Below are positions 21,140 to 31,244 of a stretch of DNA of 64,000 nt, piece by piece. The notes beneath the pieces were generated by a model, which worked only from the letters and a program-made list of their open reading frames with translations, had not been told where the DNA came from and did no database searches. The position numbers and the translations under genes are program-made. Position 1 is the first letter of the stretch. The number at the start of each line of letters is the position of its first letter. The stretch lies in NCBI GenBank assembly GCA_963744965.1, contig CAVUVT010000007.1:16642-80641 (forward strand), given 5' to 3'. Source of the DNA: an uncultured Verrucomicrobiae bacterium. GTDB taxonomy: Bacteria > Verrucomicrobiota > Verrucomicrobiia > Limisphaerales > UBA11358.

Positions 21140-21885
21140 GCGGCCGAATCCTCTTCCATCTCCGCTGCCTTGCCGTCGGGCGGAGCCGCTGGCGGCAGCG
21201 GCAACGGGCTGCGGCGTTTGAACTTTTTCAAATCAATGCGCTCGCTCACCAATTTGCGCACGAGCGCCTGTTGTTCTTCCACGTGCAGGTTGGCGTCCAT
21301 CACGACAAAATTGAATTCGCCGCTGACGGCCATGTATTGCTCCAAAATGCGGCCCTGAAAAATGCGGAAGCTTTCGTAGGGATCATTCGACAACCCCAAA
21401 TCCATGCCCGCCTCGAAAAATTTCAGCTTCGGCCGGCCTTCGAGAATGCGGTTGAGCGACACTTCCAGATCCGCCTTGAAGAAAATCGTGAGGTCGGGCT
21501 GGGCCGCGAAATTGTAAATGCCGCGCACCCATTCGGGCGGGCAGCCGCGCACCACGTCGCGCGCGAACGCGGTGAAAATGTAACGGTCGCACAAGACCAC
21601 GTAGCCCGCGCGCAACAGCGGCAGCAGATGGCGTTCGTAGCGGTCGGCGAAGTCCGTGGCGTGAATGAGACTGAAGGTCGTCGGCGTGAGCAGTTCGCGC
21701 TTCTTGCCCTTGCTCGTGGCCGACTTCACCAGTTCCGACGAGTTCCACTCGCTGAAATAGACCTTGATGCCCTCGGCTTCCAGCCAGCGCTTGAGCAGAT
21801 AAATCTGCGTGGACTTGCCCGATCCGTCGAGGCCCTCGACGGCGACAAGTCGTCCCGAGAAATTCAGTTCGGCAAAAGTTTTCAT
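21136..21885 (-). CDS. Thymidylate kinase-like protein (copy 1)
   Basis: VEGLDGSGKSTQ P-loop, CDRYIFT, EAGMDLGL. Confidence 0.85.
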   Translation of the reverse strand: MKTFAELNFSGRLVAVEGLDGSGKSTQIYLLKRWLEAEGIKVYFSEWNSSELVKSATSKGKKRELLTPTTFSLIHATDFADRYERHLLPLLRAGYVVLCDRYIFTAFARDVVRGCPPEWVRGIYNFAAQPDLTIFFKADLEVSLNRILEGRPKLKFFEAGMDLGLSNDPYESFRIFQGRILEQYMAVSGEFNFVVMDANLHVEEQQALVRKLVSERIDLKKFKRRSPLPLPPAAPPDGKAAEMEEDSAA

Positions 21886-22075
21886 CTTTCAAGCCAGCCG
21901 CATTTTTTGATTCTATGCAATCTGGCGCGCCTCACAAGCGCAAGTTGATAACAGAATTGTCGCCCGCAGCATTGTTAAATTTGCGTGAAAGTTTGGGAAA
22001 CGATTCACAATTTAACTTGTTCCCATTGTAACCGTTGTTTATGTTAGCTTGCGCGCCCTTTTGAGGGCGTTGTTT

Positions 22076-22585
22076 ATGCCAACACGGAGTGAAATCGGCT
22101 ACGATTCTAAAATTGAAGGCGACGTCATTGTCACACGCATTGATGCGGCCTTGAATTGGTTTCGCAAAAACTCCCTTTGGCCGATGCCCATGGGCCTGGC
22201 TTGTTGCGCCATTGAATTGATGGCCGCCGGCGCGAGCCGGTTCGATATTTCGCGCTTTGGCTCGGAGGTCATGCGTTTCTCGCCGCGGCAATCCGACGTG
22301 ATGATCGTCGCCGGAACCGTCACTTACAAAATGGCGACGGCAGTAAAGCGCATTTACGACCAGATGGCCGAGCCGAAATGGGTCATCGCCATGGGCGCCT
22401 GCGCCTCCACCGGCGGCATGTACCGCAGTTACTCCGTGCTGCAAGGGGTGGACAACATCATCCCGGTGGATATTTATGTGGCCGGCTGCCCGCCCCGGCC
22501 CGAAGCGCTGCTCGACGCGCTGATGAAACTGCAAAACCAGGTGCAACACGAGCCGCTGTTGGCGACGCTGAAGAAAGCCGGTTGA
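22076..22585 (+). CDS. nuoB: NADH-quinone oxidoreductase subunit B
   Basis: [30 protein letters not shown]. Confidence 0.96.
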   Translation: MPTRSEIGYDSKIEGDVIVTRIDAALNWFRKNSLWPMPMGLACCAIELMAAGASRFDISRFGSEVMRFSPRQSDVMIVAGTVTYKMATAVKRIYDQMAEPKWVIAMGACASTGGMYRSYSVLQGVDNIIPVDIYVAGCPPRPEALLDALMKLQNQVQHEPLLATLKKAG

Positions 22586-22717
22586 ATAAATTTTCGCCAC
22601 AGATTGAACACAGATGAAACACGGATACAGAAATGGAGTAATGGAGTTTTGGAGTAAGGGGTCTCCGTTCTTCCAATTCTCCAGCACTTCAACATTCCTA
22701 CACTCCATTTCCCACCT

Positions 22718-23296
22718 GTGAGCGCGCTCGAATTCGCCAATCAACTCAAAGCCAAATTCGGCGACCTGCTCTCCGAGCCGGCGGAGTTTCGCGGCGAAAT
22801 CACCCTCCAGCTCGCCGACGCGGAACGAATCGCGGAAGTGTGCGAATTTGCCAAAAAGGAACTGGGCTTCGATTATCTCGTGGACATCACGAGCATTGAC
22901 AACTATGGCGAAGACCCGCGCTGGACGGTGGTTTATCATCTGCGCCGCCTCGCGGATAGTTGCGAATTGCGGCTGAAAACCGGCGTGAGCGAGGAAAAAT
23001 CCGAATTGCCGACCCTCATCGGCGTGTGGCGCACGGCCAACTGGCACGAGCGCGAAATCTACGACATGATGGGCATCCGGTTTCGAGGCCATCCCGATTT
23101 GCGCCGGATTTTGATGTGGGAAGGCTACCCGTACTTTCCGTTGCGGAAGGATTTCCCGCTCGCCGGCAAACCAACGGTCGTGCCGGAAGTTGCTTTCACC
23201 AAAACCGCGCCGCTCGAAGGCGGGCCGTTTGTCACCACGCCGGGCGGCAAGGACGCCATTGAACGCGAACCGCGCGTGCGGACGCCGGAGGACTGA
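22718..23296 (+). CDS. nuoC: NADH-quinone oxidoreductase subunit C
   Basis: ANWHEREIYDMMGI, HPDLRRILM, PLRKDFP. Confidence 0.95.
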   Translation: MSALEFANQLKAKFGDLLSEPAEFRGEITLQLADAERIAEVCEFAKKELGFDYLVDITSIDNYGEDPRWTVVYHLRRLADSCELRLKTGVSEEKSELPTLIGVWRTANWHEREIYDMMGIRFRGHPDLRRILMWEGYPYFPLRKDFPLAGKPTVVPEVAFTKTAPLEGGPFVTTPGGKDAIEREPRVRTPED

Positions 23297-23297
23297 T

Positions 23298-23885
23298 ATG
23301 GGCTGGGTTTCTAAACGCGAATGTGATGAAGAGCGATTAACCGCTGCGGTTGCTGGAGCGAGATCGAAGAAGAAACGTGGTTCAAAGAGAGCTAGACAAA
23401 CCGAATTGAAAGTGTTCCTTGAGGGTGGAAAAAAAGAAAATGAAGAATTGAGGAAACGCCTTCAAGATTTAGAAATTTCATTGAGTGAAGCAAAGACTAA
23501 GGTCGTTGAACTTCAAAAAGCAAATTTGCAGATGCCGAAAATTCAAAATGAGAATGAAAACTTAAAGACAACGAACAAATCTTTAAGCAGAGATTTGGAA
23601 CAATGGAAAACGAAACATCAAGAATGTCTTGCGAAGTTAAAGGCAGTGACCTTTGAAAATACATCGCTTAAACGACAAATCGATGGACTAAACAATCAAA
23701 AGGCTAAGTTGGAGCGAGATTATCAAAAGTTGCATTTGTCAGCTACCTTGCAAGTGCAAGGAACTCCAAACGTTAAAACGCCGAAGGCACCACAAGCTTT
23801 GCCGAGCCTGCCATTGAAGCAGAAATCGGCTTCTTTTGGCGTTCCTGTAATTCCGCCCGAAGGATTAAGCGGGTTGGTCCATTAA
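23298..23885 (+). CDS. Hypothetical coiled-coil protein, AT-rich insert
   Basis: K/E/L-rich heptads; codon usage unlike the nuo genes. Confidence 0.6.
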   Translation: MGWVSKRECDEERLTAAVAGARSKKKRGSKRARQTELKVFLEGGKKENEELRKRLQDLEISLSEAKTKVVELQKANLQMPKIQNENENLKTTNKSLSRDLEQWKTKHQECLAKLKAVTFENTSLKRQIDGLNNQKAKLERDYQKLHLSATLQVQGTPNVKTPKAPQALPSLPLKQKSASFGVPVIPPEGLSGLVH

Positions 23886-23896
23886 ATAAATTTACG

Positions 23897-25168
23897 ATGT
23901 CCACCGTTCAAGCAACTGAAATTCGCGGCCCCGCCGCCCGCGCGAGCGATGCGGTTGAAGAATTGCGCGACATGCAGGGCGAAAAGATGGTCCTGAACAT
24001 GGGGCCGTCGCATCCCGCCACGCACGGCGTGCTCCGCATCGTGCTCGAACTGGATGGCGAAATCATCACCAAGGCTGAGCCCGACGTGGGTTATTTGCAT
24101 CGCGGCGACGAAAAAATCGCCGAGAACATGACCTACACCCAGTTCATCCCTTACACGGACCGGCTGGATTATCTCGCGCCGCTGGCCAACAACGTCGCCT
24201 ACGCGCTCGCGGTGGAAAAATTGCTGGGCATTGAAAAGAATCTGCCGCCGCGCTGCCAGTACATCCGCGTGATCTGCGCGGAACTGGCCCGCATTTCGTC
24301 GCATCTGCTCGGCGTCGGCTGCTTCGGGATGGACATCGGCGCGTTGACTGTCTTTCTGCTCACGTTCACGGAGCGCGAGAAAATTTACAATTTGTGCGAG
24401 GCACTCACCGGCGCGCGGTTCACTACGAATTACACGCGCATCGGAGGCGTGTCGCGCGACACCCCACCCGGCTGGTGCGATGCCGTCCGCAAATTTCTCA
24501 ACGAGGTCGTCGTCAACATCGCCGAGGTCGAGACGCTGCTCACGCGCAATCGCATCTGGGTGGACCGCACGCGGGACGTGGGCGTCATCTCGAAGGCTGA
24601 CGCGATTGACTACGGCCTGAGCGGCCCGAACCTGCGCGGCAGCGGCGTGGATTACGATCTCCGCAAGGCCCAGCCGTATCTTTGCTACCCGGATTTGCAG
24701 TTTGACGTGCCGCTCGGGTCGGTCGGCGACTGCTACGACCGTTACCTGGTGCGCATGGAGGAAATGCGCCAGAGTGTCCGCATCATCCATCAGTGCCTGG
24801 ATAAAATTCCCGGCGGTTTCGACAATAAATCGAAAGAGCCGGTCAACGTGGCCGACGGCAAAATCGTTTTGCCGCCGAAGGACAAGGTTCTGTCGGGCAT
24901 GGAGGAATTGATTCACCAGTTTATTCTCGTGACGCAAGGCATGAACGTGCCGCCCGGTGAAATTTATTTCGGCCACGAGAATCCCAAGGGTGAACTCGGC
25001 TTTTACATCCACAGCCGCGGCGGCGGCACGCCTTACCGGATGAAGATTCGCTCGCCCTCGTTTGTGAATCTGAGCATTTTGTCACACCTGATGCCGGGTC
25101 ACATGATGAGCGATACGACCGCCATTCTCGGGTCGTTCGACTTCGTGATGGGGGAGTGTGACCGCTAA
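23897..25168 (+). CDS. nuoD: NADH-quinone oxidoreductase subunit D
   Basis: NMGPSHPATHGVLR, GYLHRG, DRLDY, ENPKGELG, GECDR. Confidence 0.97.
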   Translation: MSTVQATEIRGPAARASDAVEELRDMQGEKMVLNMGPSHPATHGVLRIVLELDGEIITKAEPDVGYLHRGDEKIAENMTYTQFIPYTDRLDYLAPLANNVAYALAVEKLLGIEKNLPPRCQYIRVICAELARISSHLLGVGCFGMDIGALTVFLLTFTEREKIYNLCEALTGARFTTNYTRIGGVSRDTPPGWCDAVRKFLNEVVVNIAEVETLLTRNRIWVDRTRDVGVISKADAIDYGLSGPNLRGSGVDYDLRKAQPYLCYPDLQFDVPLGSVGDCYDRYLVRMEEMRQSVRIIHQCLDKIPGGFDNKSKEPVNVADGKIVLPPKDKVLSGMEELIHQFILVTQGMNVPPGEIYFGHENPKGELGFYIHSRGGGTPYRMKIRSPSFVNLSILSHLMPGHMMSDTTAILGSFDFVMGECDR

Positions 25169-25181
25169 CAGAAGGAAAAAT

Positions 25182-25541
25182 ATGCCTGACACAATTGGTT
25201 GGTGCGACATACCGGTCAAAGACCTTGACCGTGCCATAAAGTTTTACAGCGCGGCACTCGGCCAAACCGTCTCGAAAGAAACTTTTGGTGAAATAACTTT
25301 CGGACTTTTGCCGAATGCCTACAACGGCGTCAGCGGTTGCCTCGTTCTTGATGATGCGCAGCCGTCCCCAAACGGCCCGATGATTTATTTGAATTGTGAA
25401 GGCCGGCTTGAAGACGCGATTGCTGCAGTGGAGAAAAACGGCGGAAAAGTTTTGAAACCGAAACATCAAATTGGATCTCACGGTTTTCGCGCCGTGGTTT
25501 TGGACAGCGAAGGCAACCGTGTTGCATTACACTCAAAATGA
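25182..25541 (+). CDS. VOC/glyoxalase family protein
   Basis: WCDIPVKDLDRAIKFY, GGKVL, DSEGNRVALHS. Confidence 0.88.
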   Translation: MPDTIGWCDIPVKDLDRAIKFYSAALGQTVSKETFGEITFGLLPNAYNGVSGCLVLDDAQPSPNGPMIYLNCEGRLEDAIAAVEKNGGKVLKPKHQIGSHGFRAVVLDSEGNRVALHSK

Positions 25542-26023
25542 GTTTTCCCGTTCCAGCAAATCTTGAAGCCGGGATTGACGAATTGATTTCGCATTATCCG
25601 GTCAAGCGCGCGGCGTCGCTCATGGTGCTGCACGCCATCCAGGAACATTTCGGCTGGATTTCGCAGGAAGCGGTCGAGTGGACGGCGAAGAAGCTCGAAT
25701 TGCAGCCCATCAATGTTTACGAGTTGGTGACGTTTTATCCCATGCTCCGGCAGCAGCCGATGGGCAAGTATCAAATCAAGGTCTGCCGGACGTTGAGTTG
25801 CGCGCTGGGTGGTGCGTATGAACTCCACAAACATTTTTGCGAGAAGCTGGGCCTGGACGCGCACGCGCACGGTCCGCAAACGACTAAGGACGGAAAGTTC
25901 ACGGTCGAATTCGTCGAATGCCTCGCCAGTTGCGGCGCCGCGCCGGTGATGATGTGCAATGACGACTTCCACGAAGCCGTCAGCCATGCTAAGGCAGATG
26001 AAATTGTGGGGAGGTGCAAATGA
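25538..26023 (+). CDS. nuoE: NADH-quinone oxidoreductase subunit E
   Basis: VTFYPM, VCRTLSC, ECLASCGAAP. Confidence 0.95.
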   Translation: MSFPVPANLEAGIDELISHYPVKRAASLMVLHAIQEHFGWISQEAVEWTAKKLELQPINVYELVTFYPMLRQQPMGKYQIKVCRTLSCALGGAYELHKHFCEKLGLDAHAHGPQTTKDGKFTVEFVECLASCGAAPVMMCNDDFHEAVSHAKADEIVGRCK

Positions 26024-26049
26024 AGGTGCTGACTTCAGCCTTGGAAAAT

Positions 26050-26123
26050 TGGCTGCCCGACATGGATTTGAACCATGACAAACAGATCCAGAGTCTGCTG
26101 TGCTACCGTTACACCATCGGGCA
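26050..26123 (-). tRNA. tRNA-Gln(CTG), antisense within the nuo cluster
   Basis: TGCCCGATGGTGTAACGGTAGCACAGCAGACTCTGGATCTGTTTGTCATGGTTCAAATCCATGTCGGGCAGCCA. Confidence 0.93.
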
Positions 26124-26181
26124 AGCCGGAGCGTGGTCTAGACTAGACGCTTTTGCCGCACAGTCAAGGCACCGAACTTTT

Positions 26182-26325
26182 ATTAACACTGGACTTCAGT
26201 CCGGTGTGTCGCGGGCCGGGCAAAGGGCAAACCGTTTTAACGGTTTGGCCAGCTTCGAAGAAACCGTTGAAACGGTTTCAAGCTGTGGCGCGTTTTTCAC
26301 CGGGCTGAAGCCCGGTGTTAATGAG
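26182..26325. repeat. Non-autonomous REPIN/MITE-like element, family A
   Basis: ATTAACAC-hairpin, two AAACCGTT(TT/GA)AACGGTTT palindromes, hairpin-GTGTTAATGAG. Confidence 0.85.
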
Positions 26326-26350
26326 AATCTATATTCCGCAATTTGCTGAC

Positions 26351-27754
26351 ATGCCGCAGGAATACAAATTGATTTTGCAGCACGCCGACAAACCGGGTTA
26401 CACGCCGGACATCGAATGCTATTTACGTCACGACGGCTACGAAGCCCTTGAAAAGGCATTCGCTCTTCAGCCGAAGGATCTTCCGGACGGCAAAAAACTT
26501 TCCGGCCCGGAGCAAATCCGGCAGGAAGTCATGATCTCCGGCCTGCGCGGGCGCGGCGGCGCGGGTTTTTCATGCGGGCTCAAATGGTCATTTGTGGACC
26601 GCAAAAGCGGCAAACCGATTTATCTGATTTGCAACGCCGACGAATCCGAGCCTGGCACGTTCAAAGATCGCCAGATCATTTACAAAGACCCGCACCAGCT
26701 CATCGAGGGCATGATCATCTCGTGCTTCGCGAATGATGCGCATCTGGCCTACATCTACATCCGCGGTGAAATGCCCGACGGCGCAAAGCTCTTGAATAAA
26801 TGCTTGCAGGAAGCCCGCGCGAAGAATGTCCTCGGCAAAAATATTTTGGGCACCGGTTACGATCTGGAGATTTACGTCCACCGCGGCGCGGGCGCTTATA
26901 TTTGCGGCGAGGAAACCGGCCTCATCGAATCGCTCGAAGGCAAGCGGCCGTATCCACGCATCAAGCCGCCGTATTTCCCGGCCGTGTTCGGCTTGTGGAT
27001 GTACCCGACCATCGTCAACAACGTCGAGACGCTCTGCAACGTGAAGCACATCGTCACCATGGGCGGCGCGGAATTTGCCAAGCTCGGCACGCCCAACAAC
27101 ACCGGCACCCGCATCGTCAGCCTCAGCGGCCACGTTAGGAAACCCGGCTATTACGAAATCGAAATCGGCAAGGCGACCATCGGGCAATTGATTTTCGACG
27201 CCAATTTCGGCGGGGGACTGCGTGACGGACGGAAGCTCAAGGCAATCATCCCCGGCGGATCTTCGGCCAAAGTTTTCAAGGCCGGCGAAAAATTTAAAAT
27301 CAAGGACAAGGAAGTGGACCTGCTCGATTTGCCCTACGATTTCGACACGCTGATACAGGCCGGCTCGATGAGCGGTTCCAGCGCCATCATCGTAATGGAC
27401 GATTCAACCGACATCGTCGAGGCGCTGGCGAACATCGCCGAATTTTATGCGCATGAAAGCTGCGGCCAGTGTACGCCCTGCCGCGAAGGCTCGCTCTGGA
27501 TGAGCAAGGCGTTGCACCGCCTCACGCATGGGGAAGGCCGTGCCGGTGACGCGGATTATCTTATCAAAATCGCCGACAACATTCCCGGCGGCCGCACGAT
27601 TTGCGCCTTCGGCGAGGCCTGCTCCTGGCCGGTGCAGAGTTTCGTGGCCAAGTTCAAGGAAGAATTTATTGCGAAAGGCGCAGCAGATGAAGAACGCCGC
27701 GCGAAAGAAATTTCCGCGCCGGAAGCAAAACTTTTGGAAGCCGCGTACCACTGA
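26351..27754 (+). CDS. nuoF: NADH-quinone oxidoreductase subunit F
   Basis: GLRGRGGAGF, NADESEPGTFKDR, GAGAYICGEET, ESCGQCTPCREG. Confidence 0.97.
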   Translation: MPQEYKLILQHADKPGYTPDIECYLRHDGYEALEKAFALQPKDLPDGKKLSGPEQIRQEVMISGLRGRGGAGFSCGLKWSFVDRKSGKPIYLICNADESEPGTFKDRQIIYKDPHQLIEGMIISCFANDAHLAYIYIRGEMPDGAKLLNKCLQEARAKNVLGKNILGTGYDLEIYVHRGAGAYICGEETGLIESLEGKRPYPRIKPPYFPAVFGLWMYPTIVNNVETLCNVKHIVTMGGAEFAKLGTPNNTGTRIVSLSGHVRKPGYYEIEIGKATIGQLIFDANFGGGLRDGRKLKAIIPGGSSAKVFKAGEKFKIKDKEVDLLDLPYDFDTLIQAGSMSGSSAIIVMDDSTDIVEALANIAEFYAHESCGQCTPCREGSLWMSKALHRLTHGEGRAGDADYLIKIADNIPGGRTICAFGEACSWPVQSFVAKFKEEFIAKGAADEERRAKEISAPEAKLLEAAYH

Positions 27755-28242
27755 TGAACTACCAGTTCACAATTCAATTTACCGAAGAGCATGTCAAATA
27801 TGCTTGCCGTAAATTTTTTGCGCGGTTTGTTGGAGTTCCTTTTCCAGTTGTATGTCTGCTTTTAGCTGCATTTGCGGTTCTGCGGATGGTGTCCGGAGAA
27901 ATGGACTTGCTTGCTGGAATTTGTCTGGCAGTCGCTGTGTTGGGATTGGGGATTGTTGGCGCGGCCTATGTGCAAAGGCGTGCTTATTCACTCTCGCATT
28001 TTCGCAAGACTGGGAATTCGGTGAGCTATGAATTGTCGGAAGAGTTTTTCAAGGCCAAATCGGCTTTGGGTTCCGTGGAGTTGAAATGGGAATCCTTCAA
28101 AGGCATCTGGACTTTCCCGAAGGTTTGGTTGCTGATGGTTGACAAGGCAAATTACGTGACTTTGCCTGCCGACCAAATAAACAACGAGATCAAAGAATTT
28201 TTGAAACGGAAAATAATTTCTGTTGGTGGAAAAGTTAAATGA
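27754..28242 (+). CDS. YcxB-like membrane protein
   Basis: Two TM segments then a soluble domain with ELKWESF; AT-richer insert. Confidence 0.65.
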   Translation: MNYQFTIQFTEEHVKYACRKFFARFVGVPFPVVCLLLAAFAVLRMVSGEMDLLAGICLAVAVLGLGIVGAAYVQRRAYSLSHFRKTGNSVSYELSEEFFKAKSALGSVELKWESFKGIWTFPKVWLLMVDKANYVTLPADQINNEIKEFLKRKIISVGGKVK

Positions 28243-29939
28243 GCGTAACTGTCACAACCGAAACAAAGTCCGCGCCTGCCACGATTGAAAAAATCAGGGT
28301 GAAGGTGGACGGGCGCGAAATCGAGGTGCCACGCCTCATGGCCGATTGGTCGGGCAAGCTCGTGCCCACGACCATGATCCAGGCGTGTGAGCTGGCGAAG
28401 GCGGATGTGCCGCATTATTGCTATCATCCCAAGCTGCCCATCGCGGGCAATTGCCGCATGTGCCTCGTCGAGTTCGGCACCCCGGCGCTTGGACCAGACC
28501 GCAAGCCGATTTTAAATCCCGACGGCACGCCGAAGATCATGAAATCGCCGCGTCCGGCCATCGCCTGCGCCACGCCGGTTTCGTCCGGCATGGAAATTTA
28601 CTCGAACACGCCCGGCGTGAAACAAATGCGCCAGGGTGTGTTGGAATTTTTGCTCATCAATCACCCGCTCGACTGTCCGATCTGCGACCAGGCCGGCGAA
28701 TGCAAGCTGCAGGAATACTCGGTGGATTACGGCCAGAGCGCGAGCCGGTTTGTCGAAGCCAAGGTCCACAAACCCAAGGCGGTTGACCTCGGCCCGCGCA
28801 TCATGCTCGACGACGAGCGCTGCATCCTTTGCACCCGCTGCATCCGGTTTTCGAAGGACATCGTGGGCGACGACGCGCTCGGCATTGTCAATCGTGGCAG
28901 CTACAACACGCTCACGGCTTATCCCGGCAGGGCCTTCGACAACAATTACACGTTGAACACGGTGGACATTTGTCCGGTGGGCGCGCTTACGTCCAAGGAT
29001 TTCCGGTTCCAGATGCGCGTCTGGTTCCTCAAGGAAACCAAAAGCATTTGTACCAGTTGTGCGACCGGCTGTAACATCCTCATCGGTTCACGCGAGGAAA
29101 AGATTTACCGCTATACGCCCCGCGAAAACGACGCCGTCAACGGCCCGTGGATGTGCGACGCCGGGCGGCTGAACTACAAGTGGATTGGCCGGGAAGATCG
29201 GTTGACAAAAGTCCAAAGCCCAAAGTCCAAAGCCCAAGGTCAACCCGCCTCCTGGTTGTCGGCGCTGACAGAAATTGCCGAATTATTGAAGAAAGCTCCG
29301 GTGGGTTCGGCGGCCATCATCGCCTCGGCCCATCAGACGAACGAGGAACTGTGGTTGATTTCAAAATTGAAGGTGAAGCTCGGGGCCATTAGTGATTCCG
29401 TTTCCCGCACGGGAGAAGGCGACAAATTGCTCGTCAGCGCGGACAAAAATCCAAATGCAAATGGCACACAACTGACCGGCATGGCTGCGAATCCGATGGG
29501 AACAAACCTGCCGAAGATCGCCGAGGCCATTCAAAGTGGCAAAATCAGGACATTGATCGTCTTCGGCGAAGACGTGACCCGACTCGGTATTGGTACGGAT
29601 TTGCTGGGCAAATTGGAGACGCTCATCGCAAGCGACATTTTGCCGAACGCAACAACCAAGCTGGCGCATTATCTGTTGCCTGGTTGTGCGCACGCTGAAA
29701 AGCGCGGCACGTTCACGAACACGAAAGGCCGCGTGCAGAAATTCATGAAGGCGGTCGAGCCGCCCGGCGAGGCGCGTCCGGAGTGGGAATTTTTGCATGA
29801 TTTGGTTTACAACATCACCGGCCAGGACGGATTCCTGACCATCGAAGGTCTGTTCAACGAAATGGCGAAGGAGGTGCCCGAGTTCAATGGCTTGACGTGG
29901 GCCAGCCTCGGTGACACGGGCGTGACGGTGAAAATGTGA
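28239..29939 (+). CDS. nuoG: NADH-quinone oxidoreductase subunit G (short form)
   Basis: CYHPKL, GNCRMCLVE, HPLDCPICDQAGEC, CILCTRC, CTSCATGC. Confidence 0.94.
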   Translation: MSVTVTTETKSAPATIEKIRVKVDGREIEVPRLMADWSGKLVPTTMIQACELAKADVPHYCYHPKLPIAGNCRMCLVEFGTPALGPDRKPILNPDGTPKIMKSPRPAIACATPVSSGMEIYSNTPGVKQMRQGVLEFLLINHPLDCPICDQAGECKLQEYSVDYGQSASRFVEAKVHKPKAVDLGPRIMLDDERCILCTRCIRFSKDIVGDDALGIVNRGSYNTLTAYPGRAFDNNYTLNTVDICPVGALTSKDFRFQMRVWFLKETKSICTSCATGCNILIGSREEKIYRYTPRENDAVNGPWMCDAGRLNYKWIGREDRLTKVQSPKSKAQGQPASWLSALTEIAELLKKAPVGSAAIIASAHQTNEELWLISKLKVKLGAISDSVSRTGEGDKLLVSADKNPNANGTQLTGMAANPMGTNLPKIAEAIQSGKIRTLIVFGEDVTRLGIGTDLLGKLETLIASDILPNATTKLAHYLLPGCAHAEKRGTFTNTKGRVQKFMKAVEPPGEARPEWEFLHDLVYNITGQDGFLTIEGLFNEMAKEVPEFNGLTWASLGDTGVTVKM

Positions 29940-29967
29940 AATGGGAGTTCTGCAATTGCTGCGGCCT

Positions 29968-30114
29968 CTCATTAACACCCGGCTGAAGCCGGGTGTTGGA
30001 ATGCGGAACGAGGCTAAACCGTTTTAACGGTTTGGCCGCGCGAGTTCAAACCGTTGAAACGGTTTTATTCGCGGATGGACGTTGGTCACCCGGCTGAAGC
30101 CGGGTGTTAATGAG
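29968..30114. repeat. Non-autonomous REPIN/MITE-like element, family A
   Basis: CTCATTAACACCCGGCTGAAGCCGGGTG ... CACCCGGCTGAAGCCGGGTGTTAATGAG with two inner palindromes. Confidence 0.88.
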
Positions 30115-30148
30115 ATGAATTTGAGTTCGATCGAATGCAAAAAATACG

Positions 30149-31198
30149 ATGATGGACTGGCTGAACAGTTTGAGCGATGCACAGCAATTCGCGCTCTTCA
30201 CGGGCGTGAAGATCCTGGCTGCGTTTGCCATCCTGATGACGATGGTCGCCTATATCGTGCTGGTCGAGCGGCGCGTGTGCGCGTTCATGCAGGACCGCGT
30301 CGGGCCGAACCGCGTCGGGCCGTTTGGCCTGCTCCAGCCGGCGGCGGACGGCGTCAAAGCCTTTCTCAAGGAAGAATTCACGCCGGCGCACGTGCGCAAA
30401 ATTTATTTCTTCCTGGCGCCGGGCATTGCCCTGATGCCGGCCATTCTTAATCTTGCGGTGATTCCGTTTGGATCGAAAATCGGCAATCAGTCGATGGTGC
30501 TCGCCAATCTGAACGTCGGCATCCTCTACACGTTCGGCATGGTGTCGCTCGGTGTGTACAGCATCGTGCTGGCGGGCTACGCGGCGAACTCGAAATATCC
30601 GTTCCTCGGCGGCATCCGATCCAGCGCGCAGATGATTTCCTATGAAATCTCCATGGGCCTGTCGGTCATCCCGGTCTTTCTGCTCGTCGGCAGTTTGAAT
30701 CTCAATGACGTGATCGGGTATCAGGCGCATGGCCTTTTCAGCTGGCTGGTGTTCAAGCAACCGCTGGCGTTCGCGATTTTCCTCGGCGCGGCCTTTGCCG
30801 AAACCAACCGCACGCCGTTCGATCTGCCGGAGGCCGAGCAGGAACTGGCCGGCGGCTACAACGTCGAATACAGCTCGATCAAATTTGCGCTGTTTTTCAT
30901 GGGTGAATACGCGAACATGATTCTCGCGTCGGCGATGATGGTGACGCTGTTCTTCGGCGGCTGGACGCTGCCGTGGTTTGGTCTCGACCAGACTGCGACG
31001 ACGCTGCCGGGCGGCATCGCGCACATCGCGATCTTTCTGGCGAAGGTGTTTGGGTTCCTGCTGTTGTTCATCTGGGTGCGCTGGATGTGGCCGCGCTTCC
31101 GGTATGACCAGTTGATGGATCTGGGCTGGCGACGTTTTTTGCCGCTGGCGCTGGCGAACATCGTTGTGACCGCGGTGATTTTGTGGATGAAAAGTTGA
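30149..31198 (+). CDS. nuoH: NADH-quinone oxidoreductase subunit H
   Basis: [41 protein letters not shown]. Confidence 0.97.
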   Translation: MMDWLNSLSDAQQFALFTGVKILAAFAILMTMVAYIVLVERRVCAFMQDRVGPNRVGPFGLLQPAADGVKAFLKEEFTPAHVRKIYFFLAPGIALMPAILNLAVIPFGSKIGNQSMVLANLNVGILYTFGMVSLGVYSIVLAGYAANSKYPFLGGIRSSAQMISYEISMGLSVIPVFLLVGSLNLNDVIGYQAHGLFSWLVFKQPLAFAIFLGAAFAETNRTPFDLPEAEQELAGGYNVEYSSIKFALFFMGEYANMILASAMMVTLFFGGWTLPWFGLDQTATTLPGGIAHIAIFLAKVFGFLLLFIWVRWMWPRFRYDQLMDLGWRRFLPLALANIVVTAVILWMKS

Positions 31199-31244
31199 GC
31201 AACAGAGAAAAATGATCGCTATGGCCAAACCCACTTGTGCGCCG

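Noticed and set aside
23882-25012. Long antisense ORFs over nuoD and other genes (for example 39342-40895, 42236-43732, 52974-54266)
   Set aside because: Shadow ORFs typical of high-GC coding DNA, with no recognisable motifs.
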